A stretch of DNA of 52,161 nucleotides from Perkinsus olseni (taxonomy: Eukaryota): contig JABANN010000007.1 in NCBI GenBank assembly GCA_013115125.1, forward strand, positions 124,001 through 176,161, written 5' to 3'. The notes below the pieces were generated by a model. The model did no database searches and had not been told where the DNA came from. It was given only the letters and a program-made list of their open reading frames with translations. Positions 12,987 through 22,512 of this stretch are shown piece after piece. A program made the translations under genes and the position numbers. Every line of letters starts with the position of its first letter. Positions within the stretch are counted from its first letter, which is position 1.

Positions 12987-14231
12987 TTACTTGCCCCTGC
13001 AAGTATCTGCCATAGTATGGTAGTTTTCACAGTTAGTGTAGTTATGCTCTCTAGAGAAGTCATCGCCATAGAAGCAACGAGACCAATCCCAGTTGTGGAT
13101 AGCATACAAGGTACCATCGGTAAGGAACAACTTATTATATTGCTCCTGGGTCAAGATGCCCTCTGGGACAATATCTTTCGTGAGCTCTTCCAGGGTATTC
13201 CAAATGTACTCGATACCACCATTCGGGTCCGGGTACTTGGTAGTATCTTTCACGCACATAGACATCTTGCCACACCCATGACCCATCTTGCATGAGCCCT
13301 CAACCATGATAGTGATCTTAGCACGAAGATTCTCCCAACCAGGTTTAGTGCAAACCGCACATTGCTCAGTCATCATCCACTGCATCTGCTCAACTAAGTC
13401 ATCAGCGTGACTCTCGTCGACTGTATTCCTGTAAAGCATCATGAGAGCTCTATCAGCGTACTGCATCACATAAGCTGTCTCTAGCTGATTTTTCTCGCCT
13501 TCAATGGTGCTGCCAACAAGAATTGAATGAGGCGGGTAACCCATGGACTGCTCGACATCTTTCACCATCTGCTGAGCATTAACAAGTGCTTCCTTGTAGA
13601 AGTTGTCGGGCACGTCCTCAACATCGAAGCTTATCCCGATTGGCCCGATAACGGACATATCCTGGGCTGAAACAGAATTAGTGAGGAAGCTCTTGAAAGT
13701 ATTCACGAACTCGACCATCTTGGTGCCATTTCTCTCAACAACATCACCATAAGTCATCCAGATAACCTCGTCATTGCCACTGACCTGCCTCCACTTCTTC
13801 ATCCAGTTAACGAGCTTGTCTTGATCGACAATGAGATCATAGTTGGTGCTATCCGCAACGTTGATGTACAGCTCACCATAGTCCCAGGTACGGCCTCTAT
13901 CAGTCTGTATGAAGTCTGTTAGAGCAGGATCTCCTTGACGCCAGTAGTTTTGAGACCATGAATAGATACCCATCTTGTGACCATTCGTGATGTTACTCAC
14001 TGGAAACGTCGTCGTTCCCGTCGTCGTCGTTGACTGGGGAGGCTCAGTTGTTCCAAGAAATGTCGTTGTTGTGCCAACGTCTCTCTCAGATGATGCAGCT
14101 GTGGTAAAAGGCACCTGCTTCGCAGATGTCGTCACAGCGTTTGCATCTCCTTTGCTGCTCCCACTACTAGAAGAGCAGCCCGATATAAACAACGGAATAG
14201 CCGACAACAACAAAGCGCAGGAAGCTCGCAT
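12987..14231 (-). CDS. Array copy 3 (414 aa, intronless; Thr-rich mucin-like stalk)
   Basis: ATG at 14231 (MRASCALLL...FISG-C19-SSSSG), TTTT-rich linker, GISFDVED variant, same conserved domain. Confidence 0.9.
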   Translation of the reverse strand: MRASCALLLSAIPLFISGCSSSSGSSKGDANAVTTSAKQVPFTTAASSERDVGTTTTFLGTTEPPQSTTTTGTTTFPVSNITNGHKMGIYSWSQNYWRQGDPALTDFIQTDRGRTWDYGELYINVADSTNYDLIVDQDKLVNWMKKWRQVSGNDEVIWMTYGDVVERNGTKMVEFVNTFKSFLTNSVSAQDMSVIGPIGISFDVEDVPDNFYKEALVNAQQMVKDVEQSMGYPPHSILVGSTIEGEKNQLETAYVMQYADRALMMLYRNTVDESHADDLVEQMQWMMTEQCAVCTKPGWENLRAKITIMVEGSCKMGHGCGKMSMCVKDTTKYPDPNGGIEYIWNTLEELTKDIVPEGILTQEQYNKLFLTDGTLYAIHNWDWSRCFYGDDFSREHNYTNCENYHTMADTCRGK

Positions 14232-14688
14232 AAGTACTTCAGGCAACTTCAACAAATAAAAGCAACTATCATAAACCTCAGGTCAGCATAGATCTAGCGT
14301 GAACACAAAGATACTCATCTGTGGCGCCACGCTGAAGATGAATCCGCCACAGTACAGCAATGCTTCCATAGCAGCTACCGGAGGCGGTCAAAGGTTATGA
14401 CCTATATCTGAGTAAGCCAGCAACAGAAACAAAACGCAAGCACACTGCGCCAAACGAACCAGTTATTCAATCTGGTCAGTCTGCACCGCTTTCCGTTCTA
14501 CTCCCGCATTCACCCTGTCCCCGTGAACACAAGGCTACTCAGAATGAATGAAATATCATAAGCATTCACGGATGACTTCGATAATTGATGCCCAATAATG
14601 GCACGAAAACAGCGACGAATGAACGCATTGTTCATCACGCGCAAACAAATATATTGCCCAGGCGAAGAACGGGAAATAGTCCTGATAA

Positions 14689-15894
14689 CTATTTAGTTCT
14701 ACAAGTAGCTGCCATAGTATGATAATCTTGACAGTTAGTGTAGTTTTGTTCCCTGGAGAAGTCATCGCCATAGAAGCAACGAGACCAATCCCAGTTGTGG
14801 ATAGCATATAAGGTACCATTAGTAAGAAACAGTTTATTATATTGCTCCTGGGTCAAGATGCCCTCTGGGACAATCGCGTTTGTGAGCTCCTGCAGAGTGT
14901 TCCAAACATACTCGATACCACCATTCGGGTCCGGGTACTTGGAAGTGTCTTTAACACACATAGAGAGCTTACCACAACCATGCCCCATCTTGCATGAGCC
15001 CTCAACCATGATAGTGATCTTGGCTCGGAGATTCTCCCAACCAGGTTTAGTGCAAACAACACATTGATCGGTCATCATCCACCTCATGCGCTCGACCAAA
15101 TCATCCGGATAGCTACCATTGACAGCGTTCCTGTACAACATCATCAAGGCCCTATCGGCGTACTGCATAACATAAGTAGTCTCCTTCTGGTTCTCTTCGC
15201 CTTCTATAGTACTTCCAACAAGGATAGAATGAGGTAAGTACCCCATCCCCTTGGTTACATTTTGTACCATCTCCTGAGAGGAATTGAGCGCCTCCTTGTA
15301 GAAAGTGTCGGGTACATGCTCCACATCAAAACTTATACCAATAGGAGCGATCTCTGCCATATCTTCTGCTGATACCGAACGCAGAAGAAAATCTTCAAAA
15401 GTCTTGACGAACCCAACCATCTTAGTGCCGTTCTGCTCAACAACATCACCATAGGTCATCCAGATAACTTCGTCGTTACCACTGACCTGCCTCCACTTTT
15501 TCATCCAGTTAACCAACTTGTCCTGATCGACGATTTTGTCGTAGTTGGTAGCGTCGGCAACATTAATGTACAACTCACCACAGTCCCATGTACGGCCTCT
15601 GTCAGTCTGAGTGAAGTCAGTCAGAGACGGATCACCTTCACGCCAAAAGTCCTGTGACCACGAGTAGATACCAATAGGATGGCCAGTGCAGGGGCTCGAG
15701 CTAGCGGGTCTTGGAGTAGGAGGGACACCAGTAGTCTTCGGGAAGGTAGCAGGGGCGTTAGGATTAGACAGCTTATGCGGTGGTAGAGTTTCAGTAACCG
15801 CGCTCGCGTCACCGCTATCGTCACCCGACGAACAACCAGAGAGGGAGCAGGCCAGATCAACCAGAGCCAGCGACACTAAGAGATAGGTCCTCAT
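14689..15894 (-). CDS. Array copy 4 (401 aa, intronless)
   Basis: Single ORF, MRTYLLVSLAL...SLSG-C21-SSGDD, Pro-rich linker, same conserved domain. Confidence 0.9.
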   Translation of the reverse strand: MRTYLLVSLALVDLACSLSGCSSGDDSGDASAVTETLPPHKLSNPNAPATFPKTTGVPPTPRPASSSPCTGHPIGIYSWSQDFWREGDPSLTDFTQTDRGRTWDCGELYINVADATNYDKIVDQDKLVNWMKKWRQVSGNDEVIWMTYGDVVEQNGTKMVGFVKTFEDFLLRSVSAEDMAEIAPIGISFDVEHVPDTFYKEALNSSQEMVQNVTKGMGYLPHSILVGSTIEGEENQKETTYVMQYADRALMMLYRNAVNGSYPDDLVERMRWMMTDQCVVCTKPGWENLRAKITIMVEGSCKMGHGCGKLSMCVKDTSKYPDPNGGIEYVWNTLQELTNAIVPEGILTQEQYNKLFLTNGTLYAIHNWDWSRCFYGDDFSREQNYTNCQDYHTMAATCRTK

Positions 15895-16302
15895 TATGAT
15901 ATACTGTACACCTATGCTTGCGAATAGAATGAAACTTGAGGTGTATCTTGCCTAGCTTAAACGTAACAAACTTTGGAGAGAGCCTTGCACAATGAAGGCA
16001 TTGTGTGAGAATAACTCAGAAATGGCGCCTGATATGCATTGGTGATGAACAGGAGAGCGAGTGGATGTACGACTTCGATTGCTTCAACGATCGGGGGCAG
16101 GAGGATGAATTTCACACCCACCGAGTATTTAACAAACTCAACACCAATCGACCTACTTATATCTGATACCGTTATGGAAGACAGTGATCTGTTCGCTTTA
16201 CAACGAAAGACAACGACACAAAGAAGCTGAAGACAAGGCGAGGAGAACAGCTCTCGGGCGGTCCTCAGTGACCGTACGAGTAGAAGGATTTTTATACTGG
16301 AG

Positions 16303-17681
16303 TTACTGCATGCGACAGTCAGATGCTAGCGGATGGTAGTCATGACAGTTAGAGAAGCTCATCTCCTGTGAGACGAAATCTCCATAGAAACAACGAGACC
16401 ACTCCCAGTTGTGTACGGCAAATAGTGTACCGTCAACGTCGAAGATATGATCGAACTGCTCTTGTGTTACAATCTGAAAACCATTACTTGCTTGAGGAAC
16501 GATGCGAGCGACTATCACGAATACCAACATGACGAGTAGCACGAGAATCTTGTCCGTAACTGTGACTCACCTCGTCGGCTATCATTCGCCTCCGCAGCTC
16601 TTGAAGTGTCTCCCAGATGTATTGGATTCCTCCCTGACTGTCGGGATAGGAAGAAGTATCCTTAGCGCACATGGACAGCTTCTTGCAACCACTTCCCATC
16701 TCGCAAGCACCCTCAACCATGATGGTAATCTTGGCCCTAAGATTCTCCCAACCAGGCTGAGTGCAGACAGTGCATTGCTCAGTCATCATCCATTTCATAC
16801 GTTCAACCAGATCATCCTCATACCTGGAAATTAAGACAACACGGTCGGACCTGATGGAACCTCTCGCGAAAGGCTTACGTTCCGTTGACCTCATTCCGGT
16901 AGAGCATCATCAGTGCCCTATCAGCATGACGCATGACATACTCTGTTTCAACAACGTTCTTCTCACCCTCGATTGTGCAGTCCACAAATATCGAACCGGG
17001 AAGATACCCCATCCCTTCGGTGACTTCTTCCTTCATCATTTGGGCGTCCATCAGAGCTCTCTCATAGTACTCCTCGGCGACGTGCTCAACATCAAAACTG
17101 ATACCCATTGGGGCGATTAACGACATATCCTGCGCCGAGACCGACCGCATCAAGAAGTGCTTGAAAGTCTCAACAAAGCCAACCATCTTCGGACCATCCT
17201 TCTCCACGACGTCACCATACGTGAGCCAGATAGTTCCATTGTTGCCGCTTTGCTCACGCCAAGTCTTCATCCACTCGACTAGCTTATCCTCATCCTTGAT
17301 CTTGTTGTGGTTCGAAGCATCGGCGACGTTAATATACAGATCACCACAATTCCATTGACGGCCCATTGGATGGTCCAGAAAGTTCAGCAACGCTTGGTCT
17401 CCCTCAAGCCAGTAGCTTTGAGACCACGTATAAGTCCCTATCCGGTTACCGCTGCACACGTTCCCCGGAGGGGGCCTTGACGTTGGTGGAACACCCGTGG
17501 TCGGAGGGAAAGTCGGTACTCGGTTTGGATCTGGTGGTAGGGAAGGCAGTCCTGGCACCCCGCCTGACACTGGAGCACTGCTTGTTGAGCACCCAGCGTG
17601 AGATACGATGCTTATGATGGCGATGAAGGTGCATAGAGTCGAAGCAATGACTGAGGAAGGGTACTTCGGGGTGATAAGCAT
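16303..17681 (-). CDS. Array copy 5 (408 aa; three exons 17681-16879, 16823-16571, 16473-16303)
   Basis: Removing GT-AG introns 16878-16824 (GTAAG...TTTCCAG, 55 nt) and 16570-16474 (GTGAGT...TTTTCAG, 97 nt) gives a 1227-nt ORF colinear with the paralogs (NGT|YEDD; MIADE|IVTQEQ). Signal peptide ends SHAG-C31-STSSA. Confidence 0.88.
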
Positions 17682-17881
17682 CCCAAACAACAAACTTTAC
17701 AAACTGCACAACAGAAGGAGCAGTCGAATATGCGAGGCCCCACAGCGATAGCCACCAGAAGCTTGCACAACGGTGTCACGCTAGCGCGACGGAGGGCTCG
17801 AAAGCGGTGTTTGCCCCCTATTGACAATCATCGTCCAACGATTGATATATGACACAAAGAGTTGTCTACTCGCGCCATTAC

Positions 17882-17907
17882 TATTAATTAATTATTAATT
17901 AATTATT
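17882..17907. repeat. Pure A/T tandem, self-complementary repeat (TATTAATTAAT x2 plus partial)
   Basis: tattaattaattattaattaattatt, in otherwise ~50% GC sequence between the S28 stop and array copy 5. Confidence 0.7.
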
Positions 17908-18069
17908 TGACCAAAGAAAGCGAATACAACCTCACAATCGAGATTACAAACTCGAACATCCCCTTGCTGCAGATACTAGTGTTAATCAAAGCAACATTCA
18001 TGGTGGATCTTATAGTGATACCGAATAAGACAAGTCCAACAAACCAGGTGGGTCTCGAGCTGCCAAACA

Positions 18070-20494
18070 TCAGAGAAGCATTTCCGGTAGTATGGCTCTA
18101 GCATCCTCTCTGAGCCATTGCTTCACTATACCGCGTATCCCAGCACGAGCTCGTCTGAGACAACACATGTTTACATGCCTTTGGCACACCCTACACGGTG
18201 ATTACGCAACACTCTTGTCTACATTTTCGCTGCCATGGTGCGTCCAGTAGTGATGCGATGCCCCTGGGACCTGCCGAGAGGGACTAATAACATGCCGAGT
18301 TCCACTGACTCCTGCTTGACGTACCCAAATGGTTGGTAGTGCAGGGTCGTCTGATGTAACCAGCGCTAGGCGGTGCCAAGGGTCTACACCACCGTTGACG
18401 GAGAGGATACGTGTAGCATTGAGAGACAGGCCTCCACGCTTGCAGCTCGTGCGGTCAATATTGGCAGCAACCTGATGAACACCATGAGGGCACCACGATG
18501 TTCTCTAAGACCCAGGAAACCGAGAACTGCAATTGGACGCAACAGAATACGTTACTAGGATGCCCATCGTAGTTAGACAGTAGACACCTCCAGGATTGAA
18601 GCCGTCCCTTCTTCCCCCGGCCCTCACGCGAGGGAAGCAGCATTGAATGGATGCGCAGCATCACTCACTTCCTCAGTAGTAAATCCCCAGCCTATTCGGC
18701 AGAGCCTCGTGTTCCACTCGAGATCATTGAGCCCTGGCGTCCACAGGCAATTCTTCGAGGAGTCACATGTTTGGTAGAAACCGAACTCGTTGCAGGTCTG
18801 GAAGGTCCACATCTTGATCCAATCAGCATCGGACTCATTCTTGTACCTGATCATCGAATTCTATTTTCGCTCTTGCATACCCTACAGCATTCGAGGTAGA
18901 TGAGCTGACCATGGCAGCATGCGTATTCAATTCAACATCTCGCTGGGGAGAATCCCTCACTATCGAAATCGTTACATTTTGATAACTTTATTGAAGTCAA
19001 CATCCACGCATTCTTCCGTCCGGGCTCTGCTGACATGTGCCAGGCGCTCTACCAGGGACCTGATGACCGTTATCCACCTCGAGTTCTGCTGCACTCAACT
19101 GGTCCAGGACTGTGACGGCTCATGAGGTGCTGTGCGGACCCCACTGGGGCAGCTACTACTCACTCAGGCAGGTCGGGGTCAGTGAAGTAACGGCAAATCT
19201 TGTCAATGTTGCAGAGGTCACTATCGCATCCAGGATCATTCGACTGTACCGAGAAGCCGAACACGCCTTCTGAGGTCCTGACAAGAGGATATATGCCGTG
19301 AGAGCACCCCTGCATACCACCTACCACACTTTTCTATTGTCGATGTCGTCTAACATGTGTGTGCCGCAGACGTTGAAGGCCCTCTCTAACTCTCTTCTGC
19401 CCTCTTCCACTTCTAGCATCCTACCCACCTCTTCGTGAGCTCGCCTCACCTTGAATAACACCCACCTTGGCCGACGAATACAACTACGCATTTCTTACGG
19501 CACTTGCACAGCCGATGCTTCCTCCGGCCAACTCGCTGGCGAATGAAACGCCCACTGCATCATTGTATCTAGCCAACAGAACCCTAACCATAGAGTGCTC
19601 GACCTGAGCCGTACTCCGGGAAGTCCAGGCGGGCCTCAATCGGGGCGCTGGAGCTCACCGCTGCAACAAACTTCTGTGGATACACAGCTCGGGCCCAGGC
19701 AGCGACCACCTGAGAAGCGAGCTTTATGATGGTGAGTAACGGAAGATGAGAGTGGCCAAGGATCATGGGGGAGAGCAGAGTTCGCCGTTTACTCCCGGGT
19801 AGCTCCCGCCGAATGTGACAAACTGAGCATCTCCAAGATTGTATTTATCAGCAGCGTAGTCTCTGAAGCGCGCGAGATCAGCCAAGGCCTGGTCGCTTGT
19901 GAAGGTCCTCTCCAAGACCTCACGAGATAGTTCCCGCGTAGGTTTCTCTTCCCCATAGTATCTTGAGAACGCTCATAAGCAGGGACTTTTCAACTCAAAG
20001 AACGTCACCTGTGCTCGAGAGCCATCACAACAGCCCCAATCTCCTTCGCAAGAGAGATCATGTCATCTGCTACGTTAGACTTCGTCACCACGTTGTCATT
20101 AAGCGACGGTGACTCCCCGCCAGTGTAAAGAAGGACAACCTGTTAAAGCACTGACGGTACTCCGATCTCTGTCAGAAAACACCGACTCTCACCGGTCTAC
20201 GACATCTGTCTGGCGTGAGAAATTGGTCATTATACAAGTATTTCTGACACCATGTTCCATCCCGATGAGCGCCTGAAAGACAAAAGGCCAGGGCTGCTGT
20301 GTGCCACCAGCCTTACTGTCTTCAGCGAAATGATCAACGAGCTGATCACAATAATAATGGGTATGGTTGCCGCCGCTTCCGCCCCGCTTGACCGACGATT
20401 CCTCGTGTGAATTCTTGACCACCCTGAACTTCTCTCTTGGAACCGGCAGTGCGAAAGCCCCCGTCAGTATGACGATAAGACACCTAACCTTCAT
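18070..20494 (-). CDS. Serine peptidase family S28 (prolylcarboxypeptidase / thymus-specific serine protease-like); secreted, multi-exon
   Basis: Signal peptide MKVRCLIVILTGAFA; DQLVDHF; EH-RYYG; QALADLA; nucleophile motif VTFGGSYPG; AAVSSSAP; WTFQTCNEFGFYQT; NGVVDPWH; ASHH; ends VKQWL...MLL-stop at 18070. Confidence 0.92.
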
Positions 20495-20941
20495 ATCCCG
20501 CTCGTAGCAAACAACCAGCTGACACCAAAACAACAGTCGAGCCAGCGGTAGACGCTAGATTCCGTTCGACCACGAACTATGACTAAACGTCGTCACTGAG
20601 TTTCTCGCCAAAGATCTTCATGCAGCAGCCGAGCCTAACTGATCCACGGTGGGCCTCAGCTGAAGGCACGCGATCAACGCATCAAGCAGCTCTACCAATC
20701 ACTGATCATCGATTCGTCTCGAGAGAAGAATCCTGCCGACTTCTCTCGCGAAGAATGTTACAACGCAACTAGAAAGGAATGCATCTCAAGAGTGTGAACA
20801 TCGAACGAGTGTTTTATAAAAGATGGTGAAGGAACACTGTTCGAGATGATGAGGGAACGCCAGTCGCGCAACAGATGAAATATCATCAACAGTGAACACG
20901 TCTGACAGTCGAATTCACGGAAGGAACTCGTGGACAGTTTT

Positions 20942-22252
20942 CTAGCCGGATACGCCCTTGTGGCTCTTCCTCTTCGCAGACGCTTCTTGCCTGCCTCCGT
21001 ATATTTGCATGCACGTAAGAAACAGATCTTCTAGGCCAGCCTCTCGACATCTGCGGACGTGCGATCATGCACCATCCTCGGCAGGTTAAGACTTACCGCT
21101 CAGCAACTGCGTTGAACTCGTCCTTGCCGTATTCGTGAAACTCGATAGGTAGCTTCCGTAGATCGTCCACCTCCTTCCCCGGAGGTATAGGGACCTGTTC
21201 GTCGCCGCGCACCGCCATATACCTCCAGTTGAGCCTGAGGGCACACTCTGACGGGGACCTCACGAAGGCCAATCCTCTGGCGAATTACTTGGACACCATG
21301 TTCACATAGTCCGTCACGTCCCGCTCATCCCCCTCAACCACAATGCAGCCAGGGAAACCTATCTTGCTCATCCCTCCAAGGCGGAAATCCTCTGAGGGTA
21401 GCGAGCGATACAACGGCAAAGTCGCTGTGATGACCTGTCCGTGCAGCAGCTAGACGGCCCACGGTGGCCGCCACGAATCCTCTCTTACTGGCCCATTGTT
21501 GTATGCATTTCCGTTTATATGGACTTCGAATGTGATGAAAGAAGATCATCCTCCTCCCCAGCATCCGAGGGCAACTGTCGAGCTCGGATTTCTTCGCCTG
21601 TGACACCACGAAGCCAACTGAGGATAACTCCACAACTTGTCGACCTACCTTCACCGCCACTCCGTTGGAGTCCTCTCTAGCAGCCGCGTCCTCCTGTTCT
21701 CGCTGCTTGCTCTGCCACTCTGCGCTGATCTGCGACAGAGGGACTGCGATCGTGCTGGCGACGAGATGACGGTACTCACCCTCCCGAGAATATCCGGAAT
21801 TGGAGCCAGGGCTGCAAGGATTGGGAAGTCATAGCCCGACCTCAATTGAGACTGGACATTAGATGCAACGATGTCTTGCAACTTTCCTGAAGGAAGCCAC
21901 TGGACGATGGAGTGTAGCGACGCGGGCCCACAGTGCTTACTCAGTCGATAAGTGACGCTATCAGAGCTCTCTACCGCAGTTATCTCCGGAAAGGCCGCTT
22001 CGCCAGCCAAAGGATAGCCTTCGGGTAGCGTTATCATAAACGTGACACTCGTCTCCTCGACAGTATTTCCTCTCACCGTCACGGCATATCTTGAGGAAAT
22101 GCTCAGCTGGGGCAATGCGAACAACGTGCTTACGCCGTCTCTCCGTCATCTGAATCTTTCGGTTTGTGAAGCCAAATGAAACCGCCGTCGTAAGTATAGG
22201 CCGCAGAGATAGCCTCTGCCTCCTCAAGTTGGTAGTCAAACCATGCAGGCAT
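20942..22252 (-). CDS. RWD domain + DUF1115 protein (RWDD2-like), paralog A; multi-exon
   Basis: MPAWFDYQLEEAEAISAAY; RWD motif ITLPEGYP; DUF1115-type IFFHHIRSPYKRKCIQQWA, SKIGFPGCIVVEGDERDV, LNWRYMAVR. Confidence 0.8.
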
Positions 22253-22512
22253 TCTACAAAAACCTCAGATGGTCCAATGATCACCCAACTACCAACCGCT
22301 GCACCCGGCAAAGGTTAGATGCGATGCAGTGCAGTTCTACAGCCCGTGGCCATCCACGACGCCACCGCGTGCTCGTTATCTTTAAAAGAGAGCAGAGGAC
22401 TCCGTACAAGCACATCGAGCATCACAATGCAATCACAGCAACCACCAAGTATGCAGGTACAATCAAAATGCAGTATTAAAGTAGTTCAAATAGTGAAAAC
22501 CTTTGGAAGTCA

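Noticed and set aside
10054-16000. Relict spliced-leader sequence upstream of the intronless array copies, which would indicate mRNA recycling
   Set aside because: By eye I found no CCGTAGCCAT...GGCTCAAG-like sequence and no poly(A) scar next to copies 1-4.
16303-17693. Copy 5 as a frameshifted pseudogene (three separate ORFs in the track)
   Set aside because: Two canonical GT-AG introns restore a full 408-aa frame colinear with the paralogs.
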